Below, one piece after another: positions 49,183-58,932 of a stretch of 64,000 bases of DNA. Both the position numbers and the translations under genes were made by a program. Source of the stretch: an uncultured delta proteobacterium (GTDB taxonomy: Bacteria > Myxococcota_A > UBA9160 > UBA4427). Under the pieces are notes generated by a model, which saw only the letters and a list, made by a program, of their open reading frames with translations, was not told the origin of the DNA and searched no databases. How positions within the stretch are numbered: the first letter of the stretch is position 1; each line of letters opens with the position of its first letter. The stretch spans positions 256,001 to 320,000 of the forward strand of contig CAWGJT010000014.1 in assembly GCA_963822965.1 (NCBI GenBank), given 5' to 3'.

Positions 49183-50835
49183 TCAGCGCGTGAGCCACTC
49201 GAACTTCTGGGGCTTCCGCTTCGCCTGGGGATCGATGGCGACGTTCACGATCGTCGGCATCCGCTGCGCCAGGGCGTCCTTCAGCGCAGAGGAGAATTCG
49301 TCGGGCGTCGTGGCGAAGTAGCCCTTGCCGCCGAAGCCCTCGATCATCTTCTCGTACCGCGCCTGGGGGGTGTACACCATCGGCGGCACCCGTTTGCGGT
49401 CGTAGTCGGCGAGGCCGCCCCCGATGCCGTTGTTGTTCACGATCACGAAGGTGATGTTCATGCCGTAGCGGCAGGCCGTCTCGACCTCCATGCCGCTGAA
49501 GCCGAACGCCGAGTCGCCCTCGACGCAGACGACCTTGCGATCGGGGTGGACGGCGGCGGCGGCGATCGCGAAGCCGAGCCCCACGCCCATGGTGCCGAAG
49601 GTGCCGGCGTCCAGGCGCTCGCGCGCCTCGTGGTTCGGCAGCACCGTGCGGCTGATGTCCATGGTGTTCGAGCCCTCGCACACGAGCATCGCGTCCCGCG
49701 GCGCCTGGTCGCGGATCTCGGCGAGCACCCGGTAGTAGCCCATGGGCACGCTGCGATCGCTCTCCATCGCCTCGACGGCGGCGCGGTTCGCCGCGCCCGC
49801 CTCGGCGAGCATCTGCCGCCAGGCCGTTTCCGCCGGGTGGCTCCAGGGCTCGCGCTCGAGGGCCGCGTTGAGCTGGCCGACGACGGCCTTCGCGTCGCCC
49901 ACGAGCCCGACCTCCGCCGGGACGTTGGTGCCGATCTCCTCGGCGCTGACGTCCACCTGGATGACCTTCACGTCCTCGCGGAAGCGGGGCGGCAGTCCGA
50001 AGTGCAGGATCCAGTTGAGGCGGGCCCCGAGCAGCAGCACCACGTCGGCGTTCTTGAGGGCATCGGACCGGGCCGACGCCACCGACAGGCGATGGTCGTC
50101 GGGAACGACCCCCTTGCCCATGGGCGACGGCAGGAAGGGGAGGCGCGTGGCTTCGAGGAAGGCGCGCACCTCGTCCTCGGCCCGTGCGTAGGCCGCCCCC
50201 TTGCCGACGATGACGAGAGGGCGCTGTGCACCGCGCAGCAGCTCGAGCGCGCGCAGGACGGCGTCGGGGTCGGCCTGGGACCGGGGCGGATCCGCACAGC
50301 GCGGCTTCCAGCCGACGTCGCCTTCCTCCGCGCGACCGACGATGAGGTCGTTCGGCAGGTCGAGGTAGCAGGCGCCGGGCCGGCCGTAGATGCTGGTGCG
50401 CACCGCCTGCTCGACGTAGAAGGGCACCCGCTCGATCCGGTCCGGCCTCGCGGCGTACTTCACGAAGGGCCGGGCCGCCTCCACCTGGGGCGCCTCCTGG
50501 AAGGCGCCCTGGCCGTTCTGGAACGAGTCGTTCGCGCCGCCCAGCAGCAGCATGGGCCAGGCGTTCGACCAGGCGTTGGCGGCACCCGCGATGCCGTGGA
50601 TCATGCCGGGCCCCGAGACGCACAGGCACGCCGCGGGTCGTCCCGTCAGGTATCCGACGGCCCCCGCGGCGTAGCTCGCGCTCTGCTCGTTGCGGAAGCC
50701 GACGTAGTTGATCCCCTCTCGCTGCGCGGCGAACGCGACGGGCACCACGGGAAATCCCACGATCCCGAACATGTGCTCGACGCCCTGCTGCTTGAGGCTC
50801 CGCGCGATCAGCGTCGCGCCGTCGATCTCGGCCAT
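49183..50835 (-). CDS. ThDP-dependent 2-hydroxyacyl-CoA lyase (HACL/oxalyl-CoA decarboxylase family)
   Basis: 'RNEQSA.YAA', 'GAFQE', 'LNWILHFG', 'GDSAFGFSGME...NN.GI', C-terminal 'RKPQKFEW'. Confidence 0.88.
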   Translation of the reverse strand: MAEIDGATLIARSLKQQGVEHMFGIVGFPVVPVAFAAQREGINYVGFRNEQSASYAAGAVGYLTGRPAACLCVSGPGMIHGIAGAANAWSNAWPMLLLGGANDSFQNGQGAFQEAPQVEAARPFVKYAARPDRIERVPFYVEQAVRTSIYGRPGACYLDLPNDLIVGRAEEGDVGWKPRCADPPRSQADPDAVLRALELLRGAQRPLVIVGKGAAYARAEDEVRAFLEATRLPFLPSPMGKGVVPDDHRLSVASARSDALKNADVVLLLGARLNWILHFGLPPRFREDVKVIQVDVSAEEIGTNVPAEVGLVGDAKAVVGQLNAALEREPWSHPAETAWRQMLAEAGAANRAAVEAMESDRSVPMGYYRVLAEIRDQAPRDAMLVCEGSNTMDISRTVLPNHEARERLDAGTFGTMGVGLGFAIAAAAVHPDRKVVCVEGDSAFGFSGMEVETACRYGMNITFVIVNNNGIGGGLADYDRKRVPPMVYTPQARYEKMIEGFGGKGYFATTPDEFSSALKDALAQRMPTIVNVAIDPQAKRKPQKFEWLTR

Positions 50836-50932
50836 CTCTGGCACCTCGCTCGTTGCGTGACCCGAAGGGGACCGTAGCGCGCCCGGGCCTGGGGTACGCT
50901 GGGTCCGGGTTCCGGAGCGAGGGAGAAGGACG

Positions 50933-52126
50933 ATGGCGGCACTCGAGGGGATGCGGATCCTGGACATGACCCAGTACGAGGCGGGGACCTCGTGCACCCA
51001 GGCCCTGGCCTGGATGGGCGCCGAGGTGGTGAAGATCGAGTCGCCCACCATCGGCGACCCCGGTCGGGCGGTGGGGACCGGCGACCACTACGCCCCCTAC
51101 TTCTGCAACTGGAACGCCAACAAGCGGAGCGTGACCCTCGACCTGGCGAAGCCCGAGGGCCACGACCTGCTGCTCCGCATGGTTCCCCGCTTCGACGTCT
51201 TCGTGGAGAACTACGGGCCGGGCGTCGTCGAGAAGCTCGACCTCACCTACGAGCGGCTCTCGGGGCGTCCACCCGTCGCTCATCTACGCCCAGGTGAAGG
51301 GCTTCGGGAGCAGCGGTCCCTACTCGGGCTACAAGAGCTACGACATGATCGCCCAGGCCGCCGCCGGCGCGTTCTCGGTCACCGGCTTTCCGGACGGCCC
51401 GCCCGTGTGCCCGGGACCCACCACGGGCGACTCGGGGACCGGCATGCAGCTCGGCATGGCGATCCTCGCCGCCTACATCCAGCGCACGCGCACCGGCGAG
51501 GGCCAGCACATCGAGATCTCGATGCAGGAGGCCATGACCTACTTCATGCGCACCCGCATCGCCTTCGGCGCCGACTGGGGCAACAGCGGTGACGCCGCGC
51601 TCGGGCAACGGCCTGGGCCCGCCCACCGAGCTCTATCCCTGCAAGCCCTTCGGGCCGAACGACTGGGCGTACGTGATCGTCGTCACGGCGCGGCACTGGG
51701 ACTCGCTCTGTATGGCCCTCGACCGCGACCGACCTGATCACCGACGCGCGCTTCCGGGACGGCCTGGACCGGATGCGAAACGGCGCCGCCCTGTACGAGG
51801 AGATCGCCCGCTGGACGCGCGAGCGCACGAAGCACGAGGTGATGGCGCACCTGGGCGCGGCCGGGGTGCCGTGCTCGGCGGTCCTCGACACGAAGGACCT
51901 CTACGACGACCCGCATCTGAACGAACGGGGCTTCGTGCACACCCTCGAGCACCCGCACCACGGCCGGGTGCGGCTCCTGGGATGGGCGCCGCGCATGTCC
52001 CGGAGCGCCGTCGACCTGGAGCGCGCTCCGCTGCTGGGAGAGCACACGGACGAGGTGCTGGCCCGGGAGCTGGGCCTCGGCGCGGACGAGCTGGGCCGCC
52101 TGCGCGCCGCGGGAATCGTCCGGTAG
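50933..52126 (+). CDS. class III CoA-transferase (formyl-CoA transferase-like), frameshifted (~51262, ~51590, ~51725)
   Basis: 'ALEGMRILDMTQYEAGTSCTQ.LAW.GA.V.KIE', 'GD.GTG', 'APLLGEHT'. Confidence 0.85.
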
Positions 52127-52287
52127 GAGCCTGACCCAAGACTCCCGTGGAAAGCCCTGGCGTCGAGGCGCGCCACTGGCAAGGCGCGTGAGGAGGCCGT
52201 AGCGCGGGCTACGGCGACGCAGCGCAACGCAGCCAGCGGCGATGCATCGGCGTCAGGGCGGCGCGAGGTGTCTTGGGTCAGGCTCCT
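52125..52287 (+). mobile_element. 163-bp palindromic MITE-like element (copy 2)
   Basis: Perfect 18-bp terminal IR AGGAGCCTGACCCAAGAC (52125-52142 / 52270-52287), internal stems, central 8-bp hairpin GCCGTAGC-gcgg-GCTACGGC (52196-52215). Confidence 0.78.
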
Positions 52288-52622
52288 GGCCGACGGACCT
52301 CGGTGGGTGGGATCGCGCTCCGGGAGCATCCGAAGGATCCGCCGGGTCGCCGGCGTTTTTCGCTCCAGCCGCGCGGCTGTAGAGACCGATCCAGGGTGTG
52401 CAGGCGGGGCCCGCAGTGGCGCGGACCCCACGAACCCGCTACACACCGTCCATCGAGCCGGGCCCTCTGCCCGGCAAGCGGCACCCAACAGGACCTCCCC
52501 GCTCTCGGGTAGAGAGGTCGAGCCGCCGAATCCTTTCTTGCCCACAGCTGTTGTGAGGGTCGGAATCATCCACCCGTAGCGTGCGCGCCAAGGCGCGCGG
52601 CGCGGGGGAGATCACCATCTAC

Positions 52623-53944
52623 ATGTCTGCTTCTGCTACCCAACCCGTCTCCGAGCACGGGCTTCGACCGGTTCGAGCTCCACCCGGACCTCGTGCGCGG
52701 CATCCGCGCCGCCGGGTTCACCGAGCCCCGACCCATCCAGGTCGACACCATTCCGGCGGCCCTCGAAGGCGCCGACGTGCTGGGCCTCGCCCAGACCGGC
52801 ACCGGCAAGACGGCGGCGTTCGCGCTGCCCCTGCTCGACCAGCTGCTGGACGAGCGCAAGCCCGGGCCCCGCGCCCTCGTCGTCGCACCCACGCGTGAGC
52901 TGGCCACCCAGATCGACGCCGAGATCCGCCTGCTCGCGAAGTTCACGCCCGCTCAAGACGACGCTCGTCTTCGGCGGCGTCTCCATGAGCGGCCAGATCG
53001 CGGCGCTGCGGCGCCGGCCCGAGGTGATCGTGGCCTGCCCTGGACGCCTGCTCGACCTGATGCGCCAGGGCGCCGTGCGCCTCGGCGACGTCGAGACCCT
53101 CGTGCTCGACGAGGCCGACCACATGTTCGACATGGGCTTCCTGCCCGACATCCGCCGCATCCTCCAGGCGCTGCCCAAGGACCGACAGAACCTGCTCTTC
53201 TCGGCGACCATGCCGCCGGAGATCCGGCGCCTGGCCGACGAGGTGCTCTACGAGCCCCACGTCGTCGACCTCGCCGGCAGCGGTCCCGCCGAGACGATCG
53301 ATCACGCCCTGTACCCGGTGCCGGAGACGCGCAAGCGCGACCTGCTGGAGCACATCCTGGGCGGCGACGAATGCAAGTCGGCGATCGTCTTCACGCGCAC
53401 CAAGCACCGGGCGCGGCGCCTCGCCCAGCAGCTCGACCAGGCGGGCCACCGCGCCGTCGCGCTCCAGGGCAACATGTCCCAGGGGCAACGCGACCGTGCC
53501 ATGCGCGGCTTCCGCGACCGCCGCTTCGACATCCTGGTGGCGACGGACATCGCCGCCCGGGGCATCGACGTGAGCGGCGTCTCCCACGTGATCAACTACG
53601 ACGTGCCGACGACGCCCGAGGCCTACACCCACCGCATCGGCCGCACCGGCCGGTCGGAGCTCGAGGGCCAGGCCTGCACCTTCGTGACCGGTGAGGACTG
53701 GACCTGGGTGCGCGCGACCGAGCGCATGATCGGCGAATCGATCGCGCGAAAGCAGGTGGAGCGCCTGACCGAGGTGGAGTCCGCGCGGGAGACGCGGTCT
53801 GCGTCCGCGCGCAACCCGCGCGGCGGGAACCGAGGCGGCGATCGCGGCCGAAACCGGGACGGTGATCGTGGCCGTCCCGTAGCCTCGCGCGGCCGTCGCA
53901 GCGGAGGGCGCTCGCGCGGCGGCTCCCGTCCGGCGGCCCGCTAG
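52623..53944 (+). CDS. DEAD-box RNA helicase (RhlE-like), frameshifted (~52660, ~52950)
   Basis: 'AQTGTGKT', 'PTRELA', 'DEAD', 'SAT', 'ARGID', 'HRIGRTGR', R/G-rich tail. Confidence 0.92.
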
Positions 53945-53974
53945 CCAGAGCCCTCGCCGCCGGCGCGGTTGGCT

Positions 53975-54601
53975 TCAGAGGAAGTCGACCGCGCCGGTCG
54001 CGACGTCGTACATCCCGCCCACGATGTCGATGGCGCCGGAGTCGTGCATCTCGCGGAGCACGTCGCTCTGCTTCGCGATGCCTTCCACCGTGCGCACCAC
54101 GTTCGCCCGGGCGACGGCGTCGACGAACGCGAGATTCTCCGAGGTGCGGGCGGTGGGATCGCGCGGCTCCGTCACTGCGTCCAGGGCGGGGTGGATCTTG
54201 CGGAGCATGCCCGTCAGGTGTCCCAGCTCGACTCCGTCGCAGGCGCCGCGGATGGCGCCGCACTGGGAGTGCCCCAGCACGACGACCAGCTTGGCTCCCG
54301 CGATCTGGCAGGCGAACTCCATGCTGCCCAGGATGTCGTCGTTGAGGAAGTTTCCGGCGATCCGCACGCTGAAGATGTCGCCGAGCCCCTGATCGAAGAT
54401 CAGCTCGGCGGACGTGCGCGAGTCGATGCAGCTCAGGATCACCGCGAAGGGCCACTGGCCATCGCGGGTCTCGTTGACCTGCTGGAGCAGATTCCGGTTC
54501 GCCTTCAGATTCGCCAGGAAACGGGCGTTTCCCTCCTTCAGGATCTGGAGCGCCTCGCCGGGCGTCATCGAGTCGCGCGTCTCGCGGGTGTGCCGGTACA
54601 T
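53975..54601 (-). CDS. beta-class carbonic anhydrase
   Basis: 'LKEGN.RF', 'CIDSR', 'GHSQCGA'. Confidence 0.93.
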   Translation of the reverse strand: MYRHTRETRDSMTPGEALQILKEGNARFLANLKANRNLLQQVNETRDGQWPFAVILSCIDSRTSAELIFDQGLGDIFSVRIAGNFLNDDILGSMEFACQIAGAKLVVVLGHSQCGAIRGACDGVELGHLTGMLRKIHPALDAVTEPRDPTARTSENLAFVDAVARANVVRTVEGIAKQSDVLREMHDSGAIDIVGGMYDVATGAVDFL

Positions 54602-54673
54602 GGGGAGTCCTCGTCTGCGGGTCGGGGTCCGTCCGAAAGCTTCGCCATCCGGGCCGGGCCGTGCCACTGGGGT

Positions 54674-56239
54674 TCAGGCCGCGCGGGCCACCTGGGGCGG
54701 CCTCTCGGGGCGCGGGAGGGTCTCGATCACGAGGTCGCGGCTCTCGGCCGAGGCCTCGAAGTCCTGCAGGATCTCCAGCACGTCGTGGTCGACGTCCTGG
54801 GTGCGGCTCATGTCGATCACCACGTGCGACCCGTCCGGCACCTTGCCGAGCTGCTGGAGGATCGCCCCCCGGCTCAGGAACGAGACGTGCTCGGCGAGCT
54901 GCAGCCGGACGAGATGGCGCTCGTCCGGGTCGTCCCGCTCCTCCACCTCGAGGGAATGGGAGTTCAGGTAGTTGCTGCGCAGGATCGCCAGCAGCGCCAC
55001 GACGAGGCCCAGCCCGACGCCGGTCAGCAGGTCGGCGAGGAGGATGCCCGCGATCGTCACCACGAAGGGTATGGATTGCGCCGGACCGAGCCTCACCATG
55101 GTCACCAAGATCGACGGCTTGGCGAGCTTGTAGCCCACCACCAGGAGGATGCTCGCCAGCACCGCCAGGGGCACCAGGTTCAGCAGGCCGGGTAGCGCGA
55201 GCACCGCCAGGGCGAGCAGCACGCCGTGGATGATGGCGGCGTTCTTCGAGCGGGCGCCGGACTGCACGTTGGCCGAGCTGCGCACGATCACCTGGGTGAC
55301 GGGGAGGCCGCCGACCAGCCCCGAGAGCATGTTGCCGACCCCCTGGGCGACCAGCTCGCGGTCGGTGGGCGTGACGCGCTTGGCGGGATCGAGCTTGTCG
55401 GTCGCCTCGGCGCACAGCAGGGTCTCCAGGCTCGCGACCACGGCGAGGGTGACCGCGGTGGCGTAGACCGCCGGATTCGCCAGCTGGGAGAAGTCGGGGA
55501 GCGTGAAGAGCCCTGCCATCTCCGAGAGTCCGCGGGCGACCGGGATGTCCACGAGGTGCGCGCCGCCGAGCGCCCAGCCCGGTGCGAAGCTCTGCGCTGC
55601 GACCTGGAACAGGATGCCGAATGCCACGGCCACCATCGGGCCCTGGACCAGGTGGAAGACCCGGGAGCGCGGGATCAGGACCTTGTCCCAGAAGACGAGG
55701 ATGCCGAGGGAGACCCCGGCGACCAGCAGCGCACTCGGCTCCACGTGATCGGCCGCGCGCAGGATCTCGCTGAAGGTGGTCTCGCCGTCCGGCTGGAGGA
55801 AGGCGAGCTGGCCCTGCGGGTCGGCGTCCCATCCGAATGCGTGCGGGATCTGCTTCAGGATGATCAGCAGGCCGATGCCCGACAACATGCCCTTGATGAC
55901 CGACGACGGGAAGAAGTAGGCGAGCACACCGGCGCGGGCGGCGCCGAGAACGATCTGGAAGACGCCCCCGAGCACCACGGCCAGCAGGAAGGCCTCGTAG
56001 CTCCCCAGGCGCTCGATCGCCGTCACCACGATGACGACCAGGCCGGCGGCCGGGCCCGACACCCCCAGCGGCGACCCGCTCAGGATGCCCACGACGATGC
56101 CGCCGACGACGCCTGCGATCAGGCCGGCGAAGAGCGGAGCGCCGCTCGCGAGCGCGATCCCGAGACACAGGGGGACCGCCACGAAGAAGACGACGATTCC
56201 CGCCGGCAGGTCGTATCGCAGGTCGCGCAGCTGGCTCAT
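54674..56239 (-). CDS. SulP/SLC26 anion (probably bicarbonate) transporter with short STAS
   Basis: 'DLPAGIVVFFVAVPLCLGIA.ASG', 'SGPAAGL', 'IVRSSAN'; directly upstream of carbonic anhydrase. Confidence 0.92.
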   Translation of the reverse strand: MSQLRDLRYDLPAGIVVFFVAVPLCLGIALASGAPLFAGLIAGVVGGIVVGILSGSPLGVSGPAAGLVVIVVTAIERLGSYEAFLLAVVLGGVFQIVLGAARAGVLAYFFPSSVIKGMLSGIGLLIILKQIPHAFGWDADPQGQLAFLQPDGETTFSEILRAADHVEPSALLVAGVSLGILVFWDKVLIPRSRVFHLVQGPMVAVAFGILFQVAAQSFAPGWALGGAHLVDIPVARGLSEMAGLFTLPDFSQLANPAVYATAVTLAVVASLETLLCAEATDKLDPAKRVTPTDRELVAQGVGNMLSGLVGGLPVTQVIVRSSANVQSGARSKNAAIIHGVLLALAVLALPGLLNLVPLAVLASILLVVGYKLAKPSILVTMVRLGPAQSIPFVVTIAGILLADLLTGVGLGLVVALLAILRSNYLNSHSLEVEERDDPDERHLVRLQLAEHVSFLSRGAILQQLGKVPDGSHVVIDMSRTQDVDHDVLEILQDFEASAESRDLVIETLPRPERPPQVARAA

Positions 56240-56348
56240 CGGGTCCTCCGGATCCGTCGCGATGCCGCCCGGGGACGGCGGCATTCGGGCGGAGGCGAGG
56301 AGACTAGAGGCTGCATCTGATCGAACAAGTGCGATTCTGTATCTTGTT

Positions 56349-56367
56349 TGATAGCTTCTGTCTATCA
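56349..56367. promoter_or_regulatory. LysR/OxyR-type binding site
   Basis: TGATAG-cttctgt-CTATCA (ATAG-N7-CTAT, T-N11-A) in an AT-rich patch between the divergent SulP and LysR genes. Confidence 0.75.
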
Positions 56368-56436
56368 GTCCAATCCACTTGCATCGAGAGGCGGGTCGGG
56401 CTCCGCCCCGGAAGGCGAAGGTGGGGGAGGAGATCG

Positions 56437-57402
56437 ATGGAGCGCCAGCGACCCACCGTCCGGCAGATCGAGTACTTCGTTGCGGTGGCCGACGCCTCGA
56501 GCTTCCGGCGCGCGGCCCAGCGCCTGCGCGTGAGCCAGCCCACCCTGACGAACCAGATCGTGGCCCTCGAGCAGGCATTCGGGCTCCGGCTCTTCGAGCG
56601 GTCCCGGGCCGGCACGTTGCTCACCGCGAACGCCCGCGAGCTGCTGCCGAACGCGCGACGGCTGCTGGAGGAGTTCCAGGGCCTGGTCGACCGGGCCGAG
56701 TCGGTGTCGCGGGGGCCCGCCGGCACGTACCGGCTCGGGGTCACGCCGACCCTGGGACCCTATCTCCTGCCCCACATCCTGCCCGCCATCCACCGTCGCT
56801 ATGCGGCGCTCAAGCTCTACGTCCGAGAGGACACGCCGCGCAATCTCGAGTCCGGCCTGGCCGCCGGCGAGCACGACCTGATCCTCACCCCTCTGCCGGT
56901 GGACGAGCCGCGCTTGACGGTGGCGCCGCTCTTCCGGGAGCCCCTCCGGCTCGTCATGTCCTCGGAGCATCGCCTCGCCGGCAAGAAGCGGATCGACCGC
57001 GGCGATCTGGCGGGCGAGTCGGTGCTCACCATCGGGGAGCATCACCACTTCCACCGGCAGATCCAGCAGCTCTGCGAGCGCCTGGGCGCCCACGTGCGCC
57101 AGGACTACGAGGGCACGAGCCTGGACACCCTGCGGCACATGGTGGTGATGGGGATGGGGATCGCGTTTCTGCCCGCGCTCTACATCCGCTCGGAGATCCA
57201 TCGCCCCCGGGAGCTGCGGGTGGCGACGGTCCACGGAGAGGTGATCGAACGCACCCATGCGCTGGCTTGGCGGGTCGCGTCTCCGGCGCGCCAGCTCTTC
57301 CGGGAGATAGCCAACGAGATCCGCGCGCTGACCGCCCGCGACCTCGCGGCCGAGCTGCGGACCGTGCCGCCGGGCGATCCACGCGCGCGAGCGGCGGGCT
57401 GA
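56437..57402 (+). CDS. LysR-family regulator, OxyR-like but lacking the peroxidatic Cys
   Basis: 'FRRAA....VSQPTL..QI..LE', 'PTLGPYLLP', 'TSLDTLR.MV'. Confidence 0.9.
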   Translation: MERQRPTVRQIEYFVAVADASSFRRAAQRLRVSQPTLTNQIVALEQAFGLRLFERSRAGTLLTANARELLPNARRLLEEFQGLVDRAESVSRGPAGTYRLGVTPTLGPYLLPHILPAIHRRYAALKLYVREDTPRNLESGLAAGEHDLILTPLPVDEPRLTVAPLFREPLRLVMSSEHRLAGKKRIDRGDLAGESVLTIGEHHHFHRQIQQLCERLGAHVRQDYEGTSLDTLRHMVVMGMGIAFLPALYIRSEIHRPRELRVATVHGEVIERTHALAWRVASPARQLFREIANEIRALTARDLAAELRTVPPGDPRARAAG

Positions 57403-57441
57403 GGCGGGACCCCGGTCCCGGCGGCGCGGCTGGAAGCCGGC

Positions 57442-57861
57442 TCACCGGAGCATCAGGACGGGGCAGTCCGCCAGCAGGGCGACCTGGTGGCTCGTCGTGC
57501 CGATGCCGCCGTGCGGACGGTCGGGGCTCACCCGGTGGGAGGTGACGACGATCAGGTCGCAGCCGCTCTCGTCGGCGAACTGGACGATCTGCGCGCCGCG
57601 CGGGCCGTAGCGCACCACGCAGCGGCACTCGATGTTCCGCTTCTCGAGCCCTTCGCGCAGCCGCGCCAGCTCGTGCTCGGCCTTCACCTGCAGGTCCCGG
57701 TAGAACTCCGCGAGCTCCTCGAACTCCACCCCGCGAATCGTCTCGATCACGTGCAGGATCGTGACGACCGTGGTGCCGGGCTCGGCCAGCTCGGCCACCT
57801 GCTCCAGGGCATGGTCGTTCCGTTCGCTCAGGTCAACGGGCGCCAGGATGTGTTCGAACAT
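57442..57861 (-). CDS. universal stress protein (UspA family)
   Basis: 'FEHILAPVDLS', 'DLIVV.SH', 'G.T...V...ADCPVL'. Confidence 0.88.
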   Translation of the reverse strand: MFEHILAPVDLSERNDHALEQVAELAEPGTTVVTILHVIETIRGVEFEELAEFYRDLQVKAEHELARLREGLEKRNIECRCVVRYGPRGAQIVQFADESGCDLIVVTSHRVSPDRPHGGIGTTSHQVALLADCPVLMLR

Positions 57862-58840
57862 GGGTCCCCTTCGAGTCGGGCTGGAGGATACGGGATCGTC
57901 CTCGGTCCGGCTGGATCGCGAGGGTCGGCCCTTCGCTCCGGCGCCGGCGGCGAAGCGCCTCGGCGCCCGCGCCCCCCAGCAGGGCGGCGAGGCCGGTGAG
58001 CGCTGCGGGGCCGAGCGCGGGGAGCGACGCCGGGGACGGCTCGCCGTCCAGCCGAAGCGCGACCTCGTACCCGCCGCTCGAGAAGCCGGGCAGCGGGCCG
58101 GTGCTCGGGAGCCAGGACCCCGCCGCGCCGGCCTCCAGGTGGACGTCGAGCGTGTAGGTTCCGGCGGGAAGGGTTCCCGACATCACCACCGGCGGGGGCT
58201 CCACGCGGCAGACGCCGAAGCTCGGACTGACCGCGCACGACGGGTCGAACGAGGCATGCAGCGTCGCGACGGGCCCGGTCGGACCTTCCAGGGCCACGTC
58301 GAGGACGGCCGTTCCGCTCACGGGAAAGGCGGGGTCGGGGTGCTCGACCCAGCCGCTGGCTTCGAAGCGGAACCCGGTGGCCGCATCCAGGCTCACCGTC
58401 ACCAGGAAGTCGTTCGTCGTCGAGGGATCGACGGTGCGGAGCACCAGGACGTACGACGGATCGTCGATCTCGCTGGCCGTGGCGTTCGCGCTGGCGTCGC
58501 CGGTGGCGAGCAGGGCGCCGGGGGCGAGAGACGAGGCCTGGGTGCTGGTGCCGCCGGGCGTCGCAGCCGTCTCGTCGAAGGTCGCGAAGTCCGGCGCCGT
58601 CCGGACGTCCGATGCCGTTGTGGTGCCGAGGTCGACCGGGCAGCCCGGTAGCGGCGGGCCGACGCCGCCCTCGAGGCACGTATAGCCCGTGGTCGAGTCG
58701 GTGGTGTCCGAGTGGAGCGCACGCAGCTGGCTCACGGGGGTGAAGCCGACCGCGCCGGCCGGACCGGCGGCGAGCATCGAGGCGGCGAGCCAGGGGAGCA
58801 CCCGGGACCGAACGCGCCGGCGACACGCCGCGGAGATCAT
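57833..58840 (-). CDS. secreted beta-rich protein with IPTL/PEP-CTERM-like sorting tail
   Basis: Signal peptide ending 'PAGA', Thr/Ser/Ala-rich body, C-terminal 'LPALG'-TM-'RRRRR'. Confidence 0.65.
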   Translation of the reverse strand: MISAACRRRVRSRVLPWLAASMLAAGPAGAVGFTPVSQLRALHSDTTDSTTGYTCLEGGVGPPLPGCPVDLGTTTASDVRTAPDFATFDETAATPGGTSTQASSLAPGALLATGDASANATASEIDDPSYVLVLRTVDPSTTNDFLVTVSLDAATGFRFEASGWVEHPDPAFPVSGTAVLDVALEGPTGPVATLHASFDPSCAVSPSFGVCRVEPPPVVMSGTLPAGTYTLDVHLEAGAAGSWLPSTGPLPGFSSGGYEVALRLDGEPSPASLPALGPAALTGLAALLGGAGAEALRRRRRSEGPTLAIQPDRGRSRILQPDSKGTHVRTHPGAR

Positions 58841-58932
58841 GATGGGACCATGCTATCACGATCGTGTCGCGGCCGGGTCGATGCGGGCGAGCGGGGCGGC
58901 TCGAGCGCCCTCGGCTCTCCTCCGGCTCGGCC

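Noticed and set aside
53815..53940. GGCGATCG/RGG-type repeats at the helicase 3' end
   Set aside because: Ordinary low-complexity Arg/Gly tail of DEAD-box helicases.
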